Positions 39,355 through 49,224 of a stretch of 64,000 bases of DNA are shown here, piece by piece. A model generated the notes under the pieces. The model saw nothing but the letters and a program-made list of their open reading frames with translations, did not search any database and was not told the DNA's origin. This stretch comes from a virus. Location of the stretch: the IMG/VR virus record IMGVR_UViG_3300036820_000007, positions 34,489 through 98,488 of that record, one strand, 5' to 3'. Position 1 is the stretch's first letter, and each line of letters begins with the position of its first letter. The translations under genes were made by a program, and so were the position numbers.

Positions 39355-42300
39355 ATGGCGCTCCCTGGTGACCTCGCCCAAGTGACGATCACTGGGACGT
39401 TCCTCGATCCCTCGGGGATGCCGCAACGCGGCTTTGTGTCATTCGCCGCGAATTGCGTGTTGACCGACGTGGCGGACTCGGTAGTAATTGCCGCGGTCGC
39501 GCGGACCTACGAACTGGTGAATGGCTCGTTCAGCGCCACTCTGGTCGGGACGGACGCTACCCAGATAGCCCCTGCGGGCTGGGCTTATGAAATTGTCATA
39601 GCGATCGTTGGGACGCCGCAGTACAGCTTCGCCGCCTTCGCGCCGTCCGCCGACTCCCCGCTGGACATCTCCGAGCTCGCACCCATCCAGCTGTCCGCCG
39701 AGATGACCTCCTACCTCCCTGCCTCCGGCGGCACGATGACCGGGCCGCTGTACGCGCAGACGCCCACGGAGCCGGGCGAAGTCGCAACCCTCGGCTATGT
39801 CCAGTCCGTCACCGCAGGCCTGTCGGCGAAAGCGCCGTGCCAGGAAGCGACCACAGCGGCCCTTCCAGCCAACACCTACAACGCCGGGGCGATGACGCTG
39901 ACCGCCAATTCGGTCGGCACGCTCATCGTCGACGGAACCGTGGCCAGTTCGAACGACCGGGTGCTGGTTCAAAACGAGGTCACTGCGGCGAACAACGGCA
40001 TCTACGTGCTCACCAGTGTGGGCGCATCCATGGAGCCGTACGTCCTGACCCGCTCGCCCGACATGGACTCCGGTGACGAAGTACCCGGCGCCTATGTGTT
40101 CGTCGAAAACGGCGCCGCCAATGCCGGGTCCGGATACATCGTTGCCGGGACCGGCCCGTACACGATCGGCACGACGGCGATCACCTGGGAAGAGTTCTCC
40201 ACTGTCGGCGAACTCGTCCCCGGCACCGGGCTGACCCTGACCGGTTCCACGCTGTCGCTGACCACGCCCGTCACGATCACCAGCGGCGGAACAGGGGCCG
40301 GGTCGGCGTCAGCCGCACTGGCGAACCTGGGCGGCGCTGCCGTCGCCGGGGATCTGGGCGGTGCGTCGGCATCGCCTACCGTGGCCAAGATCCAGGGGAC
40401 CGTCATCTCCACTCCGCCGACCGGCGGAAGCGCCACCACCGAGTACCTGCGCGGCGACGGCTCCTGGGATGTCCCGCCTGGCTCCGGGATTACGCTCGCC
40501 GGGGACCTTGGCGGCAGCGATTCCAGTCCTGAGGTCGTCAGCACCCACCTGGCGTCGCCGCTGCCCGCAGCGCAGGGTGGCGCTACCGCCTTCAGCCCCA
40601 TGAGCTATGGCGCGGTGGGCAACGGTGTCCACGACGACACCACGGCCGTGCAGGCTGCGTTCGCCACCGCCGCCACCACATACGGCGCTGTCGACCTCGG
40701 CACCTACACGTTCCTCACGTCCTCCCCGGTGACCGTCGCCTCGAACACCCTGGTCCGGGGGGCGTCGATCCTCGGCGGCGGCACCATCCAGAACGCCACC
40801 TCGGACCTGTTCACCGTCACCGGCTCGGTCTCCCACGTCACGTTCCGCGACTGCACGCTGATCTCCCAGACCGGCGGCGGCCACATCTGGAACGCCTCAT
40901 CCGCGCCGTCGATGAGCTTCTGGGAGATAACCGGCGTCCAGGCCATCCAGGACAACCCCGGCAAGGCCATCTGGTACCAGGCCGGCGGCCTGATGATCGA
41001 CTTCCTGGTCGGCGACCTCTGCTACTTCCAGTGCGCCCTCCTTGCCACGGTCTCACCGTGGACCGTCGGCTCCGGGAGCAACCTCGAGGTCAACCAGACC
41101 GCTTTCCGCCGCATGCGCGCATCTGCCCAAGGCGCCCCGGTGCCGTTCTTCTCCTTCGACCGGGGCTCGACGGCGGGGTGGAACGAAGAGGTCGTCTTCG
41201 ACCACATCACGTTCGAGGTCACCACGGGCGGCGCGATCGCGATGACCGCCGCCCAGGACGTGCAGATCAGCATGTGCGCCCTGTGGGACATCCCCGCGCC
41301 GCGCACCGACGCGGGGTGCTCCACGAACTCGACCACCACGGTCACTGACCCCTCGGCGGTCAGCGGGGACCAGTACAAAGCCATCGCCGGGCCGGGCATC
41401 CCGCCGGGCACGGTGATCACCGCGGTCTCCGGCACCAGCTGCACGATCTCCCAGGCCGCGACCGCCACCGCAAGCAGCGTGACGTTCACCGTGGGCGGCC
41501 CCGCCGCGAACCAGTACGCGTTCGCCCGGTCGTCCGCTACCTACGCCTGCTCCAACATCCAGGTCCGCGGCGGAAGGGCCAACGAGAACACCGCGTCGGC
41601 CGGAACCGGCTTCAGCGACTTCTACGCCGACTCCTACACCGAGTACGTGATCGTTGATTCTCTCGGCGGCGAGTTCACCCCGGTCATCACGTCCCCCGCG
41701 CAGCAGACCACCCTGCTCAATCACGTCGCCGGGGTCGCAGTGCCCACCCTCACCGCGCCGCTGCTGATCCCGGCCGGGCTGACCGGGGCGACCGCGCCGG
41801 TGCGGTGGGCCGGGGGCACCACCGGGGGCGCCCCCGTGTCAGGCGCATTCGACACCGGGGACTTCATCACCGACTCGGGCCTCGGCACCATATGGGTCTG
41901 CACCGCCGGAGGCACGCCGGGCCACTGGACATCGCCGAACATCTCATCGCCGCCCGCTCCGAATGTCCAGTGGTTCACCGCGCCCGGTTCGTACACGTGG
42001 AACATGCCCGGCGGCGCGCAGACCGTTGACGTAGTCCTGCTCGCAGGCGGCAGCGGCGGCGGTTCCGGTGCGATCGAGGTGTCCGGGAACGCCGGGGGCG
42101 GAGGCGGAGGGGCGGGCGGCGGCATCACCCAGCGCACCTTCCTGGCCTCTGACCTTCCCTCCGCTGTGACCGGGACGGCTGGCGCGGGCGGCGCGGGCGG
42201 GGCGGCGGTCAGCGGGGGGTCCGCGACACCGGGGAACGGCGGCTCGCTCGGCGCTCCCACCACGTTCGGCATCTACTGCTCCTCCAGCGAGGGCTCGGCG

Positions 42301-42780
42301 GGTTCCGGGGGCACGACATCCGGCGGCCTCGGCAGTACCGGCGGCCTCGGCAATGGCGCTGGCGGTGCGGGGGGCGGGGGCGGCGCGGCATCGGCTGGCA
42401 CGGGCGGCACCAACGGCGTCGCGGGGGGCGGGGGCGGGGGCGGGGGCGGGGGTGCCGATTCCTCCGCCGCATTCAACGGCGCCAGCGGGGGCTATTCCGA
42501 CACCGGCCACAACTCCAACCTCGGCACCGGCGGCACCGCCGGGGGCTCGCCCCCCACGGGTGGCGCGTCGCCGACGGTTACGGCTACCGCCGCAGGGGGG
42601 GCTGGCGGCGGGGGCGGGGCTACGGGTGCGTCTCCGTCAGCGCAGAACGGCGCAGGCGCCTATTACGGGGGGGGCGGGGGCGGGGGCGGGGGCACGTTCT
42701 GGGCATCGGGGACCGCGACCTCCGGTGCAGGTGGGACTGGAGGCGGAGGCTGGGCACTGATCATCACGCACTTCGCCTGA
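39355..42780 (+). CDS. long mosaic fibre (anchor, RVLVQNE...NGIY domain, beta-helix, glycine-rich tip)
   Basis: DRVLVQNE..ANNGIY; YGAVGNGVHDDT; poly-Gly. Confidence 0.8.
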   Translation: MALPGDLAQVTITGTFLDPSGMPQRGFVSFAANCVLTDVADSVVIAAVARTYELVNGSFSATLVGTDATQIAPAGWAYEIVIAIVGTPQYSFAAFAPSADSPLDISELAPIQLSAEMTSYLPASGGTMTGPLYAQTPTEPGEVATLGYVQSVTAGLSAKAPCQEATTAALPANTYNAGAMTLTANSVGTLIVDGTVASSNDRVLVQNEVTAANNGIYVLTSVGASMEPYVLTRSPDMDSGDEVPGAYVFVENGAANAGSGYIVAGTGPYTIGTTAITWEEFSTVGELVPGTGLTLTGSTLSLTTPVTITSGGTGAGSASAALANLGGAAVAGDLGGASASPTVAKIQGTVISTPPTGGSATTEYLRGDGSWDVPPGSGITLAGDLGGSDSSPEVVSTHLASPLPAAQGGATAFSPMSYGAVGNGVHDDTTAVQAAFATAATTYGAVDLGTYTFLTSSPVTVASNTLVRGASILGGGTIQNATSDLFTVTGSVSHVTFRDCTLISQTGGGHIWNASSAPSMSFWEITGVQAIQDNPGKAIWYQAGGLMIDFLVGDLCYFQCALLATVSPWTVGSGSNLEVNQTAFRRMRASAQGAPVPFFSFDRGSTAGWNEEVVFDHITFEVTTGGAIAMTAAQDVQISMCALWDIPAPRTDAGCSTNSTTTVTDPSAVSGDQYKAIAGPGIPPGTVITAVSGTSCTISQAATATASSVTFTVGGPAANQYAFARSSATYACSNIQVRGGRANENTASAGTGFSDFYADSYTEYVIVDSLGGEFTPVITSPAQQTTLLNHVAGVAVPTLTAPLLIPAGLTGATAPVRWAGGTTGGAPVSGAFDTGDFITDSGLGTIWVCTAGGTPGHWTSPNISSPPAPNVQWFTAPGSYTWNMPGGAQTVDVVLLAGGSGGGSGAIEVSGNAGGGGGGAGGGITQRTFLASDLPSAVTGTAGAGGAGGAAVSGGSATPGNGGSLGAPTTFGIYCSSSEGSAGSGGTTSGGLGSTGGLGNGAGGAGGGGGAASAGTGGTNGVAGGGGGGGGGGADSSAAFNGASGGYSDTGHNSNLGTGGTAGGSPPTGGASPTVTATAAGGAGGGGGATGASPSAQNGAGAYYGGGGGGGGGTFWASGTATSGAGGTGGGGWALIITHFA

Positions 42781-42906
42781 GACACGCACACCTTCCGCGG
42801 CCTCGGGCCGTCTTGGGTCGCCGGTCAAGCTGGCCACAACATGACTGGCGGGCGCCTGGACGCCGCAGCGCCGCCGGGCCATCCCCGAGGAGGTGACGAG
42901 TTCGCG

Positions 42907-43629
42907 ATGAGATGGCGCGGCCACCGCCGCTGGCCCGTAGCGGCCGGGAAACTCGACTTGATCGTCATGAGCGCGGCGTTCGCCACCTTCGGTCTGTCGC
43001 TCATCTTCCAGTCGCACCGCTGGCACGCCAGGCCCGCCTACCATCTGCTGCTCCTGATCCTCCCCGCGCAAGCCTGGGGCGGCCTGTTCCTGCTGTCCGG
43101 CATCACCATGGCGGTGGCCGTCTGGCAGTACGCCCGCCGGTGGGCCGTCATCGCCTCGCTCACGCTCGCGTTCACCCTCGACGGCGGCTGGATGCTGGCT
43201 TTCGTGGTGCGCTACCTCACCTCGCCGAGCACCACGCCGGAGACGTGGGTGTCGTGGGCGGTGTTCGGCTTCCTCCTGCTCAAGGTAGCGATCAGCCTCG
43301 ACCGCAGCCTGTCCCCGATCCCGCCGCCAGGCGCGGAAGTCGCCGCCTTCCGCCAGGCCGTGGACGCCGCGCTGTCCGCCGCCGAGGACGACCAGACGGC
43401 GTCCGTTGCGCGCACCCTGGCTGCCGGGTGGGACCGTTACGGCGACGCCGTCAGCGCCGCCTGCACGGCATACGGTGACGCCCTGCGGGCCGCGGTGCCA
43501 GTAACGGATATGCCGCCTGGTGACCTGGCAGCCACAGCACTCGCCGAGGCGCGGCATGCGCTGATCAAGGCCGAGGAGGCGTTCGCGCGGTCTGTGGGGC
43601 AGCCGCCGCCGCGCCAGGGTCCGCAGTGA
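42907..43629 (+). CDS. 4-TM membrane protein, lysis region
   Basis: four hydrophobic segments then helical tail. Confidence 0.65.
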   Translation: MRWRGHRRWPVAAGKLDLIVMSAAFATFGLSLIFQSHRWHARPAYHLLLLILPAQAWGGLFLLSGITMAVAVWQYARRWAVIASLTLAFTLDGGWMLAFVVRYLTSPSTTPETWVSWAVFGFLLLKVAISLDRSLSPIPPPGAEVAAFRQAVDAALSAAEDDQTASVARTLAAGWDRYGDAVSAACTAYGDALRAAVPVTDMPPGDLAATALAEARHALIKAEEAFARSVGQPPPRQGPQ

Positions 43630-43979
43630 TCACCCTCGCCGCCGCCGAAACCACCTCCGGGCTCGGCGTCGGCCCCGCCGAGGTGGTCACCGGTGCCGCT
43701 CTCGCCCTGGCGGCGATCGTCTCAGCACTCACCCCGATCGTGATGGCCCGGCGCAGGGCGGTGAAAGAAGCGGTCAGCGACGCGGCGAAGCTGGCGGCGC
43801 GCTCCGGTGACCTGACGCTCGCCGGGTGGCAGGCACTCAACGGCGCCCTGCAGGAGGAAATCAAAAGGCTCCAGGGCACCACCGAGAAGATGCAGGCCCG
43901 CATCGACCTGCTCGAGGCCGAAGTCGATCAGCTGCGCCTCGCCATGCGCCAGCGGCAGGACAGCGGCGGCCATGCCTGA
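43626..43979 (+). CDS. single-TM coiled-coil protein, lysis region
   Basis: TM followed by LQEEIKRL...IDLLEAEV. Confidence 0.7.
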   Translation: MITLAAAETTSGLGVGPAEVVTGAALALAAIVSALTPIVMARRRAVKEAVSDAAKLAARSGDLTLAGWQALNGALQEEIKRLQGTTEKMQARIDLLEAEVDQLRLAMRQRQDSGGHA

Positions 43980-44304
43980 CCTGCTGCTGCTCTTCCTGCT
44001 GGTGTCCTGCCTGTCGATGGTCCTGCAGGTGCTCGCGTTCGTGCGCCTGGCGCTGCGCCGGGCCCGCACGCCGGACGAGGAGCTCGTCAGCGGCGGCTAC
44101 CTGCGCACGACGGCGTGCCGCGTGCTGGCGGCCACCGTCTACGTCGTCGTCGCCGCGGTCCAGCTCGCCGGGGACGGGACGCTGTCCGCGGAGGCCTTGG
44201 TCGTCTTCGCCTGTATTCAGCTACTTTGGTGGCTTAATTCCCTTATGGACATCCGGATACGGGGGCGTCTCGGCCAGCAGGGGAGGCCGTCGGATGGCCG
44301 GTGA
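43972..44304 (+). CDS. 3-TM membrane protein (holin-like)
   Basis: hydrophobic segments, coupled starts/stops. Confidence 0.65.
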   Translation: MPDLLLLFLLVSCLSMVLQVLAFVRLALRRARTPDEELVSGGYLRTTACRVLAATVYVVVAAVQLAGDGTLSAEALVVFACIQLLWWLNSLMDIRIRGRLGQQGRPSDGR

Positions 44305-44881
44305 AGGGCAGCAGCTGGCCGCCATCGCGGCCGTCACCGTGAAACTGGACCGGACCCTGGACGATCTCTTCGCGTCGGTCGCGGAACTGAAGGCAAACCT
44401 CGGACTCCCCGCGGAGGTGGCCGTGACCGAGCCTGGGCCAGATCCGCCCCAGGGTGCTCTCGAAGCCGTCCGCGACCTTCAGGGCGCCATCGAGGGCATG
44501 CGCGCAGACCTGCGGGCCGCCACCGCCCGGCTGGCCACCGCCGAGCAGACCGCGAAACGGCTCAAGCGCCTCGTCGCCGGGCTGGCGATCTCTCTCTGCC
44601 TGGACCTTCTCATCACCGCCGGCTTCGGCTGGAACACCGTCCGGGTCAACCAGGCCGAGGACACCAGCCACGCGGACCAGATCGCCGCATGTCAGCAGGG
44701 CAATACCGCCCGGCGCCAGGACGCCGCAGTGTGGGACATCTTCCTCGGCGACATCGCCCCGCCGAAGGCCCAGACCCCGAAGATCAAGGCCCTGCTCGCC
44801 GGGATCGACAAGCGCATCGCGATCAAGGACACCCCGAAAAACTGCGTCAAGGCGTACGGCACGAACGGCGGCGGCAAGTAG
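44294..44881 (+). CDS. coiled-coil + TM protein with Cys pair
   Basis: GGAGG RBS; ACQQGN..R...C. Confidence 0.65.
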   Translation: MAGEGQQLAAIAAVTVKLDRTLDDLFASVAELKANLGLPAEVAVTEPGPDPPQGALEAVRDLQGAIEGMRADLRAATARLATAEQTAKRLKRLVAGLAISLCLDLLITAGFGWNTVRVNQAEDTSHADQIAACQQGNTARRQDAAVWDIFLGDIAPPKAQTPKIKALLAGIDKRIAIKDTPKNCVKAYGTNGGGK

Positions 44882-44885
44882 CGGA

Positions 44886-45464
44886 GTGGCTGAGGACAAG
44901 ACGCCGCGCGCCATCCGCCTCGCCGCCGGGGCCGGCACCGCGATCCTCATGGCGTTCGCGGGCTCGCTCCTCGGTGCGGTGGGAACGATCACCGGGGCCG
45001 CGCTCGGGTCCGTCCTGGCCGGGCTGGCCACCGAGGCCCTGACCTCCGGCGGCACCAAATTGCACCACGCCGCCGGGGGCTGGGAACGGCGCAAGCTCAT
45101 CCTCGCGGCCGCCTCCGCCGTGGCAGTGTTCGCCGTCACCGCCGGGGTGATCACCGCCGTGGAGGCCGCAGCGGGAAAGCCCGCCGCGGCGATCGTGCAG
45201 GACCGGAAAGGGTCGGGGACCACGTTCGGCGGCGGCACCGTCGCCCCGGCCGCGCAGCCACAGCCCTCGCCATCCACGCAGCCGTCGCCGTCTCCATCGC
45301 AGACGACGGTGACGCCCTCGCCTTCTACGCTGTCGCCTTCGCCGTCCGCTTCCGCCAGTCCGTCGCCGACGCTGCCGCTGCCCGTGCCATCCATCACCAT
45401 CCCGGCCAGCCCGCCCCCATCGCCATCGCCGTCTGGCCAGCCGAGCACGGGAGGCACGCCTTGA
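44886..45464 (+). CDS. membrane protein with Pro/Ser-rich tail
   Basis: GSLLGAVGTITGAALGS; SPSPS repeats. Confidence 0.65.
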   Translation: MAEDKTPRAIRLAAGAGTAILMAFAGSLLGAVGTITGAALGSVLAGLATEALTSGGTKLHHAAGGWERRKLILAAASAVAVFAVTAGVITAVEAAAGKPAAAIVQDRKGSGTTFGGGTVAPAAQPQPSPSTQPSPSPSQTTVTPSPSTLSPSPSASASPSPTLPLPVPSITIPASPPPSPSPSGQPSTGGTP

Positions 45465-45991
45465 GTCACCCCGGCGAGGTACCCGCACACGAGCAGCAAG
45501 CTGTGGACCCGGGCGCGCACTTCGAGCGGCGGACACTGCAGGAGCTGATGGCATACGGCCCGCACGGGCCGCGGGCCACGGATCCCCACTACAAAATCTT
45601 CACAGCTGCCAAACATCACCTGGTCCACGTGCTTGGAGTCGGGTGCTGGATCGGTGGCGCAAGCCTCGCCCAGATCCGCAGTGGCCTGCCAGAAGGTCAC
45701 CGCTGTGCGGGTGCGACGCAACTCGAGGCGCACCACGCCGTGGCCGAATTCGCCGGGCTGAGTGAGATCGACTGGCAGAAGGTCGCCAAGGACTTCCCGC
45801 AGGTCGGCATCCATTCCGACGAGGACTTTCTCCGGTTCGCCGAGAGCGAGGGCGGCCTGATGATCCTCTGCGATAGGCATCACAGATTCCCGGTGCAGGG
45901 AATTCACATGGTCACGTATCCAGCGTGGCTGCTTGACCGCTACGCGCAAAACGACTGGGAGTTCCTGCCCGGCAAGGCGCATTGCACGTGA
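45461..45991 (+). CDS. HNH-like Cys/His protein
   Basis: CWIG...LEAHH...LMILCDRHH...GIH. Confidence 0.55.
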   Translation: MSHPGEVPAHEQQAVDPGAHFERRTLQELMAYGPHGPRATDPHYKIFTAAKHHLVHVLGVGCWIGGASLAQIRSGLPEGHRCAGATQLEAHHAVAEFAGLSEIDWQKVAKDFPQVGIHSDEDFLRFAESEGGLMILCDRHHRFPVQGIHMVTYPAWLLDRYAQNDWEFLPGKAHCT

Positions 45992-46434
45992 TCAGCCAGC
46001 ACCCCGCAGTCCTCCACCCAGTGCGCCTGCGGCAAGAGCGCCACCGGCAGGGCATGGGGCGCGTGGCGAAAGCCAACGACTGGCTGGCCACCCACTTGGC
46101 CATAGTGTTCGGCATCGCCTGGACGATCTGGGTGTTTTTCATCGTCCCGATCGTTGCCTACTTCCTGCCGCTACCCCTCCAGAATCACATCTTCTTCTTC
46201 TCTTCTGGCTGGATTCAGCTATTCGCGCTGCCTTTGATGGTCTACGTCGGCAACAAGCTGCAAAGGTCCTCCGACGCCCAGTCCGACGTTATCCACCAGG
46301 CCCTGACGCATATAGCGACTGTCGAAGACCAGAACAATACGCTGCTGCAGCAGAACACCGACCTCACCCAGGCCGTGCACGGCCTGGTCATGCAGCTCGC
46401 CGGGAGAGAGGGCGGCAGTGGCACTGTTTCCTGA
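45982..46434 (+). CDS. 2-TM membrane protein, DUF1003-like
   Basis: NDWLA...FG..W; SS.WIQL.ALPL. Confidence 0.6.
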   Translation: MHVISQHPAVLHPVRLRQERHRQGMGRVAKANDWLATHLAIVFGIAWTIWVFFIVPIVAYFLPLPLQNHIFFFSSGWIQLFALPLMVYVGNKLQRSSDAQSDVIHQALTHIATVEDQNNTLLQQNTDLTQAVHGLVMQLAGREGGSGTVS

Positions 46435-46888
46435 CCGCATCCGCGCCGCGGACAACCGCGTCGCCGAAGGCGAGGCTGCGGTCACCATCGCCGACCGAGC
46501 TGCTCCGCGAGACGGCCTGTCCGCCGCCCGGGACGCGCGGGAGCTGATCGCGGCCCTCGGCCTGGAAGACGCCACCTGGATCTGGGACACCGCACGGGCG
46601 TCCCGGGTCATCCTCGAGCGAGCACGCCATGGCCGGGAGTTCAGCGCAAACGACGCGCGCATGTGGCTGCCGAATCGCGCCGCGCCGCACATCGCCGGTG
46701 CCTTCCAGTCGCTGATCCTCACCGGGCTGGCCGCCGTGGCCGACGGCGTGTGCGTCTCCACGTCACCGGGAGCACGAGGCAGCCTGATTCGCCGCTACAC
46801 CCTCACCTTGGCCGGCGAGCGTCTTGCTTCCGAGCTCGCCCCGATGCCGGGGGAGACGCTCCCGGCGGAACTGGAGAAGGCGTCTTGA
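46418..46888 (+). CDS. hypothetical, possible winged-helix DNA-binding protein
   Basis: EFSANDAR..LP....IAGAF; STSPG.RG. Confidence 0.5.
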   Translation: MALFPDRIRAADNRVAEGEAAVTIADRAAPRDGLSAARDARELIAALGLEDATWIWDTARASRVILERARHGREFSANDARMWLPNRAAPHIAGAFQSLILTGLAAVADGVCVSTSPGARGSLIRRYTLTLAGERLASELAPMPGETLPAELEKAS

Positions 46889-47376
46889 GCGAGTTCTATG
46901 ATTCGGCAAGGTGGGGCCTGATCCCCGCCAAGGCCGATGCGATGCTGTACTGGGACGGCAGGTACGCGGCCACCGCCGAAGACGCAAAGCGCTTCGGCAA
47001 GGTGCGGTGGATCACCGTACTGGGCGGCGAGGCCGCAGCCGCGAACGCCGGGGCCATCGACTACGAGAACGGCAACCTCGCCTACGAGGGCAGCCAGCTC
47101 CGGGCGTGGGCTGCAGCGCGCCAGGAGATGAACTGCCGGGCCCGGGTGTACTGCAACCGCTCCGACCTGCCTCGTGCCATTGCCGCCGTCGACGGCCTTT
47201 CCAGTGTCAGCTACTGGATCGCCACGCTTGACAACAGGAAATGGACTGCCGCCGATCTGATTGCCGACATCCTGGCCCTCGGGGTCACCCTGGCCGAGGG
47301 TGACCTGTGGGCTGTCCAGTACGCGGGCGGCATGACGGCGGAGTACGACACGTCGATGCTGTACGGGACCTGGTGA
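46885..47376 (+). CDS. endolysin candidate, compact GH25-like muramidase
   Basis: YDS, Y.DGRY, D.E.GN, VYCNRS, YWIA, AVQY, YDTS. Confidence 0.6.
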   Translation: MSEFYDSARWGLIPAKADAMLYWDGRYAATAEDAKRFGKVRWITVLGGEAAAANAGAIDYENGNLAYEGSQLRAWAAARQEMNCRARVYCNRSDLPRAIAAVDGLSSVSYWIATLDNRKWTAADLIADILALGVTLAEGDLWAVQYAGGMTAEYDTSMLYGTW

Positions 47377-47401
47377 ACCTGAGCGCGATTACGCCGGGAA
47401 G

Positions 47402-47560
47402 TCAATCCCAGAGCGGGATCGTGTGCTCGTGCGCCAGGCAGATCCACATGTCCTGCTCGTGGTTGGTGTAGCGGAACATCAGCCACCGCTTCCGGCAGGA
47501 CGAGCACCGCGGGCGCTTCTTCACCGAGCCCAGCCATAAATGCCATTTGGCCACACCCAT
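47402..47560 (-). CDS. small zinc-finger protein (moron-like)
   Basis: CSSC...C..H; AAGGG RBS. Confidence 0.5.
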   Translation of the reverse strand: MGVAKWHLWLGSVKKRPRCSSCRKRWLMFRYTNHEQDMWICLAHEHTIPLWD

Positions 47561-47607
47561 CTCGTGCCCTTTGCGGCGCGCATTCAACCATGCCCGGAAG
47601 GGGTTCC

Positions 47608-48408
47608 TTGTCCACCACCCGCTACGGCCGCATCGCCGTTGCCGAGCCGCCGTCCTCGCTGGCGCGCACGCACTGGCATGCCGGCGGCGAGCTCAAAGTG
47701 GTCAGCCATCCGCCGACCATCCCGCCGCTGGATCAGCAGGACCTCGAGGCGCAAGGCATCGACACGGCCACCCTGATCCCCGGCGCCAGGAAAGTGGATG
47801 CGCTGGGCAGCTGCGTCGCCAACGCCACCACGGCCTGCCTGTCAGCGACGCTGCCCGAGGGCAGCCTCAGCGCGCTGGGGATCGGCAGCGGCGCCGTCGC
47901 TGACGAGGAATTCGCGATCCGGCTGTACCACAACCTGACCATGCTCACCGGGAACCCGTCCACGGAGTGGCCGCCCGACGACACGGGGTCATCCGGCCTC
48001 TTCGTATGCCAGTATCTCGAGTCGCACGACGTCATCTCCGGGCACAGGATCGCGCACGGGCCGGAGAGCATTCTGTCCCTGATGCAGCAGGGCCCGCTGA
48101 TCGCCGGGCAGCCCTTCCTGAACGCCTGGGAAGAGCCTGGCTCAGACCACTTCATCGACGGTGACGGCTCGCTGGAAACCCTCGCGCGCGACATCGCCGG
48201 GGGAGTGGCGGGCGGCCACGAGACCTGCCTGTACTCAATTGAAGACATCGGCTACGACGACTACGGCGCGGTGGACCTGTTCCGCACGGTGCTGCGCTTT
48301 CGGAATTCATGGGGCTCATCCTGGAATGACCGCGGGGATGGCTTGGTCCACCTGTCCGCGTTCGTGGCTCTCGGCAACTACTGCGACTTCAGGCTTCTGA
48401 TCGCCTGA
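47608..48408 (+). CDS. papain-like (C1) cysteine peptidase, lysis-associated
   Basis: LDQ, GSCVANA, GGHE, RNSWG.SW. Confidence 0.85.
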   Translation: MSTTRYGRIAVAEPPSSLARTHWHAGGELKVVSHPPTIPPLDQQDLEAQGIDTATLIPGARKVDALGSCVANATTACLSATLPEGSLSALGIGSGAVADEEFAIRLYHNLTMLTGNPSTEWPPDDTGSSGLFVCQYLESHDVISGHRIAHGPESILSLMQQGPLIAGQPFLNAWEEPGSDHFIDGDGSLETLARDIAGGVAGGHETCLYSIEDIGYDDYGAVDLFRTVLRFRNSWGSSWNDRGDGLVHLSAFVALGNYCDFRLLIA

Positions 48409-48433
48409 GCCCAGCAGGCGATAATCTGCAGCC

Positions 48434-48808
48434 ATGGCCTCAGGACAGGAAGCAGCCGACACCCGCTGGGGTCAGTACGTCAGCCAGCGGCTGGATAGCT
48501 TGCAGCGGGGCTTGGGCCGCGCGCAGTGGGAGGGCATATGGCCCTCGCCAGTCGCCGTCATCGCCGCCCGCAACGCCGCGCAGGAGACGTTCCCGCCTGA
48601 TGCGCCGACGCCGAGCGTCGTGCCGACCACGGACGGAGCGGTCGCGTTCATCTGGCACAAGGGCGGCTGGGACATCGAGGTTGAGGTCGACGGGGAAAGC
48701 TACGGCTACCTGTGGGCGCACAAGCGGGAGTCGGGCAGCGAGGTCAGCGGCGACCTCGAAATCAACAAGCCTTTTCTGTCGAAGCTCCTGAGCCAACTCG
48801 GCCGCTAG
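48434..48808 (+). CDS. hypothetical protein, leaderless
   Basis: TAATCT-N6-ATG; PSVVPT.DGAV.F.WH. Confidence 0.65.
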   Translation: MASGQEAADTRWGQYVSQRLDSLQRGLGRAQWEGIWPSPVAVIAARNAAQETFPPDAPTPSVVPTTDGAVAFIWHKGGWDIEVEVDGESYGYLWAHKRESGSEVSGDLEINKPFLSKLLSQLGR

Positions 48809-49188
48809 CCTGGCGCACCGCCCGGCTGAGGCTTCAGAACTGGCCTTGGCCGCAGGCTCTCCCGGAGGCTGGCGACAAGGGCGGCGAGAAGTGCCCGGCC
48901 CTTGTAGCCGAACGCCCGGCCCGCACGCTTGCGGTCCTTCCGGCGCCACCACCATCGGGCCACCAGGGCGGCCGCGAAGCTCGCTCCAGAGCACGCGGCG
49001 TACAGCCACTGCCTGGTCATCAGGCCAAAAGCGGCATCGAATGCAGCGATACCCAGCCAGTCCGCAAAGAAGCGGTTGCGCAGCCAGTGCAGCAGGCAGC
49101 GATCGACGAGATGCCAGCCGTACGCACCAAGCGGCGGCGCGCTGAGTGGCAGCAGCGCGTTCTGCAGCAGGTCGCTCCATGTCACCAC
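48805..49188 (-). CDS. small membrane protein
   Basis: hydrophobic core then [10 protein letters not shown]. Confidence 0.6.
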   Translation of the reverse strand: MVTWSDLLQNALLPLSAPPLGAYGWHLVDRCLLHWLRNRFFADWLGIAAFDAAFGLMTRQWLYAACSGASFAAALVARWWWRRKDRKRAGRAFGYKGRALLAALVASLRESLRPRPVLKPQPGGAPG

Positions 49189-49224
49189 TTGATTACCCAG
49201 CGTTACATGTCGCGAAGGAGAGGA

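Noticed and set aside
42420-42455. G-rich runs as G-quadruplex or phase-variable tracts
   Set aside because: Explained by poly-glycine codons, with the frame intact
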